Of a DNA stretch of 64,000 nucleotides, positions 13,501 to 25,540 are shown piece by piece. Position 1 is the stretch's first letter. The number at the start of each line of letters is the position of its first letter. The stretch is from Nageia nagi (taxonomy: Eukaryota > Plantae > Pinophyta), in the NCBI GenBank assembly GCA_050084985.1, contig JBITNC010000002.1:36828001-36892000 (forward strand), given 5' to 3'. The position numbers and the translations under genes were made by a program. The notes below the pieces were generated by a model. It had not been told where the DNA came from. It saw only the letters and a list, made by a program, of their open reading frames with translations, and did not search any database.

Positions 13501-14302
13501 GGAATATTATAACATTCTTTCAATGGCTTGAAGTTCTTCCGTTAACATACTCAAAATGTCTTCAAATTGTCAAATTACTTATGGAGAATATCATAGCCAT
13601 AGTTGGAGTTTTGACTACAATATTCATGGATAATAAAAAAATAACTCAAGGGTAAAGTTGTAAGGACTTTTTGTAGAACATTTTGTATCCAATGAAATAT
13701 TTCTTCAACATACTATCTTCAATGGAATGATTAGGATAAGGTAAAAAATAAAATAATTATTAACATCATTTACACAATAGATCAGAAGCATAAAAGAGAT
13801 TGGGATGAATGGTTGGTACATGCATTATGCTCATATAGGAAAATCATAAGATCAACAATAGGTTATACTCCACACTCCTTGGTATATGGAGATGAGTTAG
13901 ATGTACTTTTGGAACTAGAAATCCCATATTTGATGGTATATTTGGAGCACATCTTTGATGAAGAGGATAAGAGAAAATCAAGATTTTGAGAGATAGAGTG
14001 TTTAGATGAAAAAAGAGTCCATATCTTGGAATATTTGAAGATCTATCAGAACAAAATCAAGAGATGTTACAAAATGAAGATAAGGAAAAAAGGAGTTTAA
14101 TATTGGAGACTTGGTTCTTAAAGAGAATCATCACAAGGTATAATGTGAGAGAGAAGATAAAGGAAATTTTTGTCTAATTATATTGGACCATATGTCATTA
14201 TGTATAAGTATCCAAATGGAACCTACAAGTTATAAACAATAGAAGGAAAACAAGGATAGGGTTTCTACTAATGTCATGTACCTCAAGTCCTTTTATCCTT
14301 AA
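10588..14302 (+). mobile_element. Decayed Ty3/gypsy (Tat/Ogre-like) pol: RT, RNase H, integrase
   Basis: FIRPIDYSFWISNVV..NGEMRCC..INKAYPKDNF, MPFGL, YVDD, GIEVDPKKV, an RNase H remnant to ~11690, and integrase from ~13260 ending NVMYLKSFYP*. Interrupted by unrelated sequence at ~11700-13250. Confidence 0.85.
11753..11958 (-). mobile_element. tRNA-derived SINE
   Basis: 16-bp TSD taaaatcctaatgaat (11737-11752 and 11959-11974). A-rich 3' tail on the minus strand. A-box-like TGGCCAAGAGG and degenerate B-box GGCTAAGTCC near the 5' end. Confidence 0.75.
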
Positions 14303-14859
14303 GAAGGATAACCATGTTCAATCTAACATTTTATTCTTTATCACATATCAATTCAATCACTTTTAATTAAGTGTCAAAGTTATCTTAAAGTAATTTTTCA
14401 TCTTTCAATTTAGCATCCACACTAGGAAGTAAATATGTCCATGCATTATTCCAAAGAATTATTAGGTCTTTTGATTTAAGAGAAAACATATTTGAGTAGT
14501 CAACATAAGAAAAATATTTAGGATTAGTTCATATTTTGAGTTGCAACCAAAATTATATAGGATAAATTAGTAGCATTTTATTGAAATATTCAATCACAAA
14601 ACATAAAATTAAATATCCAAAAATGAAACCTTCTTAGAAAATAAGGTTGTTAAGAAATTTCAAGGTAAAAGGCTCTCATATAAAAGCATCGATGTTGCTA
14701 GTAACATGAGCACTAGGGTGTTTGATAATGCAATCCTCCATCCTAGTGCATGTTTCCTCTAAAAGGTAAGTGCAAGTATTATTTTTGAATAAGGCTATTC
14801 ACTACATTGGGTGTATATCAAAAATCCAGCCATCATCTACCACTCAATCATGTTGCTCT

Positions 14860-15010
14860 ACTTTATATATATACACTTAGCTTTATGTATATATACCCAA
14901 ACTTTATGTATATACATTGAAGCTTTATATATTAATGTATATATGCCTAAACTTATGTATATCACCTAGGATTTAGTATATACACCTTAGCTTTATTTAC
15001 ACATACACCA
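14860..15010. repeat. Degenerate ~22-bp minisatellite (agctttatgtatatacac)
   Basis: About 6-7 imperfect copies visible. Confidence 0.6.
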
Positions 15011-16667
15011 AAAAAAGGTGAAAAAATCAAAGTCCCAAAACTCACATTCAAAAAGTGATATTCCAAAGAATCAAACTTGAATCTCTTAGCTTGAATTTTA
15101 ATATATTAACCACTATAATAGTAGTTCATTATTAACAAAAATTCTATTTTTTTTTTAATTTCACTTATTCTAATTGATATATACCCAATGTTTACTGATA
15201 TATGCCCAATATTTATAAATGGAGCTAAGCGAAGCAGAGAGTTTGAGTGATAGGCAATGGTAGGATTTTTGGTATACACCCAAAAATTATGATCCAATTT
15301 AGGTAGAAAATATCCATTTCCATTATTTTCTATCTCATATTTATCATTTTATGTTCATTACTATCCCACCAAATGATATTTAGTGCAAAGGGTACCTATA
15401 ATGAGGAAACTTGTTTTGATGTCTGCCATCCTTTCTATCCTTTACCTTTATTGGTTGGGTTATGAATTAACCATCACATATCCATGAATGGGGTATAATA
15501 TCTCATGGTGATGCCTTTTAGTTGGAATCTAGGAATGGAGCAAAGTATCTCATAACAATATTCTTCCCCATACATTCTTTCCTTTTCATATTATATTAAT
15601 TTCATTTTTGCTCCATTAAAAATGTAAATATGAAAATATGAAAATATAAATTCTTTTTGGAGATGTTATTTTCTATTCTCTCATAATAGGTTATGTGCAT
15701 TCTATTGCACTAAAGTTCCATAGTTGCTCCTAATATAATCAATGGAAAGAGGGTGCAAGATACATCCTCAAAAACTTGTTGATTACAAGATCCATTAAGA
15801 TAAGCACTAGACCAAACAAGCCCTTTGGTGGTGGTTTATAACCACCCCTAAATTCCTTTATAGATGATTTTCCATTTATTGCCTATGAGTTCATCACTAA
15901 AAATAAACTCCCTATGATGGCGGTTAATAACTACCCAACTACGATCACATAAAACGCCACCAAATGACATAAGGAGGTGGCTATTCATTACCCCCTTAAA
16001 CTATAAAGTGGTGGTTTAAAATTTCCACCTAATAATTACTTTTTTTTTAAAGATGTAATTTGGATGTATTCTTCCATTAGAAAACCTGATGGAAGAATGC
16101 TTCCAGACTACACCTTCTTCAGTTACCCAAGTTACATTGGCCCTATGGCTTAATCATAGTGTTGGCCATGGACTCCTAAAGGATGCTTCAATGGGATTGA
16201 TCAATCATTGTTCAATCTCTTACCTTACTCATCCTAGTCCAATATTGACATCACCCTAAAGGAATGCCTAACCACACCTCTATAGTGGCTCAGTCCATGG
16301 ACATCATATGTACTACCTTTTCATGCTTATAACAAACCTATCAAAAAGTAAAAACAATACTTGTATCAAAAATTTTTAGTATTGTAAATATTATTTGAAT
16401 CATTTGAGAATAATTGTATAATTATTGATGATACATATATTATTGATCATTAAAGCATAATTGTAGAGAATATTTGAATCTTATTATGCTTACCTTTTTG
16501 TTCATGTTTCATCTACATTACATAATCTTCATGTCTAAAAAAAGGGCCCAAAAGTTGATGACTATTGTAACAAACCTGTCAAAAAGTCACAAACTGCCTT
16601 TTTCATATAACTAGATTACCATTAAACAAAAGGAGATGTCTAATATCATAAATTGGAGTTCAATATA

Positions 16668-17420
16668 TGTGATGTTTCATCTTACTTTTAATTAATCTTA
16701 GGCATGATTTTTATCTCAAGATAGGAGACTTATGGGTCTAAGGGATCAATTGTGAGCCCCAATGTGGGATGTCTCCCTCCTTGAGCTAGTTAGGAGTGTA
16801 ATTTATATTTAAGTATGATTGCAAGGATCCTCATATCCTAATGTAGGATTAGGGGTAAGTGCATGGGTTGGAATGATCTTGAGATTAGACATAAGACATC
16901 TAAGCTTAATGACTTCAAGGTGGGAATTCTAGCGCCTAATCTTGGAGGTATTCTATATATATAACATACTTAGCTTTAAAAAGGCATCATTGAGCATATT
17001 TTACATCTTCTATTTCAATGTATTGCATAGATTCATCTCTTAGGCCTCTTGTTAGATGAAAACATAGCAAGGGAAGGGTTCAGTGGGATGAAACTCTCAC
17101 TAGATCTTGGCTAAAGACATAAACCCTTAGTCCATCTAGTTCTTCATCTCACACATAAGGGTTAAAGGCCCTAGCAATGTGATGTCAACTTTCTTGGTGC
17201 ATATTGAGTTTGTTGTTCCCTATATTTGACCACTTAAGTTAAACATTAGCCCTATTAGGCCATATTTTCCTTGTACTTGCTCCATCATTAATATATTTTG
17301 AGGTGTTGGCACTTGATCTCATATTTTGGTTATGTGTTGAGGTATTTTTGGTATTATTTCTTGTTCATTTCCTAATTTGTTGCACATATTGGCTAATAAT
17401 TTGGGACAAGGAACATCATA
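16668..17420. mobile_element. Solo LTR (753 bp)
   Basis: Inverted ends TGTGATGTT...AACATCATA and TSD ATATA. Empty-site versions of the host repeat are visible at ~17572 and ~18932. Confidence 0.75.
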
Positions 17421-17819
17421 ATATATTAACTTTCTAAAATCATATGCTTGTAGAAAAAGGAACCTAAAAGCTAGTGATTTTGTAAAAAACTTGTCAAAAA
17501 GTCACAAACTGCCTTTTTCATACAATAAGATCACCATTGAACCAAAGGAGGAGTATGATGTAATAATTTTGAGTTTAATATACCAACTTTCAAAACATCA
17601 TATGCTTATAGAAAAATAAACCCAAAAGATGTCTAAAAATAGAGCTCAAAAATTGGCTTAGAGAAGAAAAGAAATTGTCCAACCCATAATTTTTCCAAAT
17701 ATCAAAAACCAATCCAAAAGTGATAAGTTGGCCTCATCCACCTTATGTTTTGAAATGATGCAACTATACCATATGATATGAAATGATCTAAATACACTAT
17801 ATAATATGAAAAAATGATG

Positions 17820-18690
17820 GAGCTTTGAACTTTCCATAAGGATATGTATGCTTGGTGATTCTAAATCATACAAGAATGCAAAAATAGGGGAGTTTGTGTA
17901 TGTGGCAATAATCCTTCTTTTTAAGCCTAAATATATTGCATATTATGTTCTACTTTCAAATATTTATGTTGAATTGGGCAATTATGTTTCAAACATGGAG
18001 CATGTTCTTATGGAATAAAAATCTATTTGCATTGACATGTTTTTATAGCAGAGAGACACAATCTTATGGACTATAATATCACAAGATATGCACAAAATAG
18101 GTATGGTTTGGCCCTCAAGTATTTTCAAAAAATGTAATTGACTAGTTTCAAATCAAATTCAATAACCTTTTACAATTATTCTTCCTGTATGTGCAACTTC
18201 TCATGGAATTCAATGATTAGAGGATATTCAATTCATATCTATAACAAATATGCCCTTAAACTCTTTGATATGATGAAGCACTTGGGAACAAACCCTTACA
18301 ACATAACATTTCTATGTGTTCTTACTTGTAAATAGTTTAATGATACTTGGTAACAATCCTCTCCTCTCCTCTACTCGCTTCACCTCAAGAATTGCACCAA
18401 ATGTAAGAGCATACAATAAATGAATCCTTCATTGTGTTCATCTATTGTATGATCTTGCATATGGATAAACTCTTAGAGATAAGCCTCTAGCATCTCTTTC
18501 ACAATACTAGATTCATTTATGCACTTCTAGATTATAATTAAGAATGACATGATTATAAGCATAGACTTGTAAAAAACCACTACTATGATAAATATATACA
18601 TAGAACACGTAAGGCCTTGATATACATGTATGCAAAATATGAAAGAATACATAAGGCTTGAGAATTGTTTAAAAAGATCATATATGAAAG
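17820..18690 (+). pseudogene. PPR E1/E2/E+ and P/S motif fragments
   Basis: LGDSKSYKNAKIGE..YYVLLSNIY, FSWNSMIRGYSIH..LFDMMKHLGTNPYNITFLCVLTC, and ALIYMYAK..IHKA. Confidence 0.8.
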
Positions 18691-21600
18691 CATACACATA
18701 ATATCATGCTTTCAATACTTAACATAATTGTAGATCATATTTGAATCTTATTTTGCTTACTTTTTTATTCATGCTCCATCTACATTACATAGTCTTCATA
18801 TCCAAAAATAGGGCCCAAAAGCTAATGTAACTCTTGTAAAAAACCTTGTTAAAAAGTGGCAAATCACCTTTTTCATGTTTATCATACTAGACCATCATTT
18901 AACAAAAGGAGTTTCCTAATATCATAATTTAGAATTTAATATGCCAACTTTTTAAAAATCATATGCTTGTAGAAAAAGGATGCAAAAGATGTCGCAAAAT
19001 GGGGTCCAAATTGATGGAATTATAAGATTCCAAAAACAAAGATAACTTGTGCTCTTCTAACAAATTAACACTCAAATTACTCTCCAAATAATAATCTCCA
19101 AAATAATACAACAATAAGCAATCTCACAAATTCACACATAATAAGTATAGTGGTTCCTCTCTAAGCATTCTCTCTAAGAGAGTACATCCACTTGAATCTA
19201 ATTCTATTACTTCTCAAGACAAGATCTCTCTTACAACATAGATCTCTAAATAAACTAGTAGCATGATAATACTACTACAAAAATATGTGTGTTACAACAT
19301 TGCCAAGCCTTCCTTTTATAGTCTTAAATCCTACTTTGGTTCACCCTTTTACATAAGGGGAATACTAACGTCCATAGGATATCCAAATCCTCACATTAGG
19401 TAAGAATGGTAGGTGGAAAGCTTTTTACCCATATCTATTACATATGTCTATACTTCTAATTTAAGTATGTGGTACTACATTCATATGTAGATATACCCTT
19501 AATATAAAATGGATGGGGTTCCACTTTTACATACATGGATAATCCACATAAAAAATGGATTATTCCATATTACAAAATATTTTCAAGCTAACTTAGGTAT
19601 TATATATATTATTTCATTTTTAATTAATTGAGAATAATATACCTAAGTTATTTCCACAATAATGCATTATAATTTCTAACACTCTCCCTTAATGCAATAT
19701 CAAGGTAATGATAGGAGAAGATAGAAAGAAAGTGTAAGAGAGCTCTTCTCCATAAGAAATACAATTAGAGATGAGAACCTAACATCTTGATAAGTAATAG
19801 GCTTTAGATTCTAAATAAGGTTCAACTACTTAACCATTTAAATAAATGTTTTACAATACAATAATCACAAATCATAAATGGTTATAATGTATAAGTAGTC
19901 ATGAGCTTGCATACTCAGAGTAAGTAATCTGCATACCTATAAGCTACAAGCAACTCATAAATAGATAAGTTAGATGTATCATACATTCATTTCAAGATAA
20001 GATAGATGAATCAAATAATTTCATCCATAAATTGATCAAATGCTATACTATAAGTCATGCTAAACAAACCTATATTCACACTATAAATCATTGTAAATAT
20101 GCTAAGAAAACCTATATTCATCTATTGTATAACAAAATATATGTTTATCATTATGCAAATACTAGTTTATCATATGCTTTAAAGTGTATAAATAAGTTAT
20201 TATCATGTGGATAACTTAGTATAACAGTGCACATAAAGGGATTATAAAATAAAAGGTGCTTATAGAAGTGAAGTATAATAGTTCCCAATAATTCATACAT
20301 TAATCTCTCTTAAGGACAATTTTACCATCCTAAAAGATGTTATGAGTTCATATAACTTCATCTTATGATTATTTTTGTAGCCTTTCTATATGCAAGTTGA
20401 TATGAAGTTTGAATCATTTAAGAATAATTTCTCCCCCTTGAGGGAAACTTCATATAAAGAAAGGCTTAAATAAATGAGCAAATATGATTAAATTGTCCAT
20501 ATGTTGATACACATATTTAACATGCTTGTCTTAATGTAATTAAGCATCCATTATATTAAATCAATATCATACTTATTTAAGTATTCTAATGCACATAATA
20601 TCCTATAACAAAGGGTTGAAATCCAATTGATTTCACTATTGGATGTTAAACTAATTTAACACTCAACAAATAGATTTCAGCTACAATCCTTATTTATAAC
20701 TACTAAGGCTCCTCTTTTACTGCAATCTTAGAATGGAAGGAATTCGAGTAGTGACCTATCACCTTAGAGTCTCTAACTCCTCAGTTAACTCTTGTATAAG
20801 AAGAAATTATTTCTCAACTATGAACTCATTTTTCTCCTTATAAATCATGTCAAATGCTTGATCTCCCACTACCCTTTTCCTCTTGAACACTTCACATTGT
20901 AAACATGGTCCATTGATAGACTTATTGGCTTGCTCTATTAACAAAGCATTGGTCAAATTTCTTAGTTGCAAAGTGTCCCTAGTAGTGGTTGGATCAGCTT
21001 GTAAGCCTACTGATAGACCTTCCCCAACATTATTCAATATACCTTCTCATATATCCTCCTCATTTGGGAAGTACCCTAAGAGAGCTGGGATCTAGTTTTC
21101 CATAACTAGAATTATGTCTCTTAGTTCATATGTCGATCACTATTTATAGAGTAAGCATTACTTTATGAAGCAATAAATGCCATCAACTCTTTCAATTGAG
21201 TTGTTCATAATTATGTATATCGCATTTATTAAAGCAATATCACATATATAATCATTTTATGCCAAATTTAAGGGTTATAAATGATAACATCAATTATAAG
21301 CAATGAACAACTTTTGAAAATTTTCTCCATTGAATTTTTAAAAATAAGTGCTCATCGAAAGAACAATTTTGTATTATATAAACACACATAAGTAGTCAAA
21401 ATTTTCCATCATAATCTATTCAAAATATTATAGTACTCACTAAAAATATTTTTCTTGCCTTCAACTAATTAAGGCAAGTATTATTATCATTAAAGCAGTA
21501 TTCCATGCCATCAAGGTAATAATGCCATCATTGAATTAGGAAATAACATTAATTTTCAACTTGACCATACCATTAGTCAAGATGCATAATGATATAATGC

Positions 21601-21714
21601 ATAATCATAAGCTCAAAAATCATCTTTGTATGCATACGTTCTTATCCCTTTTGAAGTGAAGGATTAAGGTCTCCATCAATAATATTATAATTTGGATGAA
21701 GAACAAATCACAAA

Positions 21715-21905
21715 CTACCATCTTGATTATGTCACTTAATCAAAATTTACAAGTCATAAGCCAAAAAAATCCAACTTTACCATGCCATCTAATCAAAATT
21801 TACGAATCATAGGCCACAAAAACCAACTTGACTATACCACCTAGTCAAGATTTATGAGCCATAGGCCACAATGCTAACTTGACTATGCCACCTAGTTAAG
21901 ATACA
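21715..21905. repeat. ~52-bp tandem repeat x4
   Basis: ccaacttgactatgccacctagtcaagattt.. recurs at ~21718, 21771, 21823 and 21873. Confidence 0.75.
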
Positions 21906-22049
21906 TATGATGGAAGAAACTAACATGGTTCAATTTACATCGATTGATAAACATACTTCTCAACAATAGGAGTAAAGTGACATCAATTCATAATAGATAA
22001 GCTTCCTAAAAATGGAAGTAACATGATATAAATAAAAATAATTGCACTT

Positions 22050-22487
22050 TTGGAGAAGGAAAAAACTTTTTAACCACTCCAATAATTTGTAATCATGGAG
22101 AAAGATGAAATTTTTTTAAACACTCCTTCAATTTGTAATCATGGAGAAGGACAAACCTTTTTAACCACTCTATCAATTTTAAACTTTGGAGAAGGGTGAA
22201 CCTTTTTAACCACTCCAACAATTTGCAATTTTGGAGAAGGGCGAACCTTTTTAACCACTTCATCAATTTGTAATCATGGAAAAGAGAACCTTTTTAACCA
22301 CTTAATCAGTTTATAACTTTGGAGAAGAATGAGCTTTTTTAACCACTCCAATATTTTACGATTTTGGAAAAGGATGAACCTTTTTAACCATTCTAACAAT
22401 TTACAATTTTGGAAAAAGATGAACTTTTTTTAACCACTCCATTAATTTGTAATCATGGAGAATGGCGAACCTTTTTAACTACTCCAT
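22050..22487. repeat. ~45-bp tandem repeat x10
   Basis: ggagaagg..aacctttttaaccactcc..aatttg recurs with ~45-bp period. Confidence 0.9.
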
Positions 22488-23094
22488 ATAAAACAATTCA
22501 TCAACATGGATATAACTTTTCAACATGGAAGTAAGTAGTGCGCTATAAGTTATCATAAAGATGCCAAGCCAATACTTATAGTCACTTATTTTATAAATAA
22601 TACAACAACCCTCCTAATGCTGAAGTAATCATGATAAGAATTCATACTTCAATTCTTTTTGAAGATAAATTTACCAACCCAAGTGATTAAGGTTTAGATA
22701 AAAAAATCAACGAAGTTTTATTTTGATGAATGCAAAGTCTCATCCAAAATTTACTCCTTGATAAAAAAACATGCTTGGATTTTAAAATTATGCTTTGTTA
22801 TACTCCGCCTTAAGAGTAACTTCATTAATAATTGTAGCATATTGCTAAGCTCTACAAATATAGAGAGGAATGTATACTTCCCAAAGGTAATCGTACACAT
22901 CCTTTTCAAAGCAAAAGCAATCAACATTGTATGAATGTAAAAAGGTTGTTTAATCAAATAATACTTCTTCCATACATTAATGGTGTTAAGAAAGAAGATA
23001 TTCACACCAATAACAACCAAATAGGAAGGATCATTCATTATCACACTAATCAATGGTGATATGCAAAATATCCATACGATCAAATAGTATCCTC

Positions 23095-23500
23095 AATAAT
23101 TTGAATGTGGAAAAAGTTCATAAACTTTCAATTCCAATAAAGATATCAACCAATATGAACAAACCAAAAATTTGATGATCAATTTTTTATCCAATCAATC
23201 AAAATATGCATAACCATTCAAATTTGAAAAAAATTCATAAAATTTTCACTCCAATAAGGATATCAACCATTATGCACAAATTAAAAAAAAAATTGAGGAT
23301 CAATGTGCACAACCATTCAAATTTGAAGAAAGCTCAAAAAATTTCCACTCTAATAAGGATATAAACCAATGTACATAAATAAAAAAAATTGAGGATCAAT
23401 GTGCACCACCATTCAAGTTTGGAGAAAGTTTACAAACTTTCCACTCTAACAAGAATGTAAACAACCAAAAGTTTTGAGGATAAACTTTTTATCCTACGAA
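23095..23500. repeat. ~100-120-bp degenerate tandem repeat x4
   Basis: aatttgaa..ttcactccaataaggatatcaacc recurs. Confidence 0.65.
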
Positions 23501-24829
23501 AAATATGCACAATAATAAAATCTGAAAAAAAATTCATAATTTTTATTTAAAACAATATGCACATCCAAGCATAATAATTTTTTCATACAACCAATGATAT
23601 TAAAAATGTGCATAATCATATAAGTTTGAAGAAATTTTAATTTCAAAAAATATGCACATCCAAGCATAATAGATTTTTCATCCAACAAAAGATATTAAAA
23701 AATATGCATAATCTTAAAGTTTGAAAAAAAATTCAAGCAATGTACATATCTAAAATAATAACCCTTTTTTTTTATCACAATTGCAACATAATGCAACTCC
23801 CACATTTTTATTTGTCATTAACTAGATAAACACAAATTTAGTTATGACATCATCAAAGGTTGCATTAAATATTTACCATTTTGCAAAATATTAATCTTAA
23901 ACTTTTGAATTTTGAAAAAAAAATGTTGTAATATCTTTGACATAATTAAGTATTGCAAAATAAAAGTTTGCCTTCAAAACTCATCAATTTATTACAAAAA
24001 TTGATTCAATATGTCCAATATTGCATAATAATTTTACTTTAAAAAATTTACAACACTTGTCAAAGGTTTACTAAAAAGTTGTTGCAATGATCAATATTTG
24101 CACAAACAATTACCGTCATAATTTTATCAATTTCTTAAAAATTGATCCATTTAGGTCAAATATTGCAAAATGAGTTTATCTTAAAAAAATATTTGCAATA
24201 ATTACAAAATTCATTCAAAAAATTATTACATTGATAAAAATATTTTCTTTGCAAAGTAATTTTTAAACTATGGTAAAAAATTATAAATTTCAAAAGTAAT
24301 AGGACTTATGCACCATACCTCATAACTTTGTATTATCCATATGCATCATACCTCATGAATACATTGAGGTGAGCACTCGTTAATATTTTATGACATGCCC
24401 ATATGCATCAAACTTTATATCACAATATTTATTTGCATAAATAAATTTTACCTAACATGTTTTTCATTTTGTGCAATCATAACATCTGTTAACTCCAATA
24501 AAAATAGTTGTGAAGAAGTTGGTACAATAAAAGCATAAATAATAAAAGCTCCCCAAACAAATGGCTTGCACTTTTAAGCTCATCAATACCCAACATCTAG
24601 TCCATTACTAAACTTTTATGTTATTAATTTCTCCACCATAACTTCTTCCACTATGGATATAATAATACAAAATCTCCTATACTTTTAAAATGAATGGATA
24701 AGAGAAAAAAAATTATAACCTTGTGTTTAAAGATGAGGAGTGAAGGAGCTTGCCCTAAAAAGGCATTAGTAGTGATGTAGGTCTTCCTTGAGTAGGAGTG
24801 AAATTTGTTAGGAGAGGGAGGGGGTAATG

Positions 24830-25203
24830 TGCGCAACCCTTTTGGGAGCTCACATCCCCTTTGGGGTTATGTGGTCCCCTTATATGGCATGCATCCCTAT
24901 TGGGGTACATGGTCCCCTTGGGAAGTCATGCCCCCCTTTGGGGTGGATGACCCCCTTAGGTAGCCTACACAACTCTGTTGGGTGGCATGTGCAACCCCCT
25001 TTGGGAAAGTTATGTAGCCTCATTGGGTAGCTTGCATGATCCCCTTTGGGTGATTTGCATGACCTCATTGGGAAGCCTACATATCCTTGTTAAGAAGCTT
25101 ATCCTATTCCCTTTGGGTGGCATGCATGCCTGGTAAGGAAGATAAGCCCCTCCTAGGATGTTACACTTGCTTGGGGCAATGCCCCCCCTCTTGGGGTGGT
25201 GCA
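24830..25203. repeat. GC-richer degenerate minisatellite (ccccttgggtggcatg)
   Basis: Many imperfect ccc(c)t(t)tggg units in an otherwise AT-rich background. Confidence 0.7.
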
Positions 25204-25540
25204 ACCAAAAAAAAATTATTTTTAAAAATACATAATATAAATATAGAATTTTTCATTTCAAATTTTTTGTATTGCAAAAAAAATGCAAGCTTTTGTAATT
25301 TGTTGTTTTTTATAATACAAAGATTGTAAATCCTTTTTTTGTTAATTTTTTTTGCAAGAATATTACTTTAAATAGAAAATATATTTACAACAATTATATA
25401 AATTTTCTTACAAATTATTTTTTACAAAGAATCACATTAGATTTTTGTAATTTCACAATAATGAAATATTCATTGTAAACACAATATGTATATTTCAATT
25501 TTGCAATATAATAAATTCAAATTTTACAAAATAATTGTAA

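Noticed and set aside
22050-22487. Regular repeat array resembling CRISPR
   Set aside because: Units are contiguous degenerate tandem copies without unique spacers, there are no cas genes, and the context is a eukaryotic TE.
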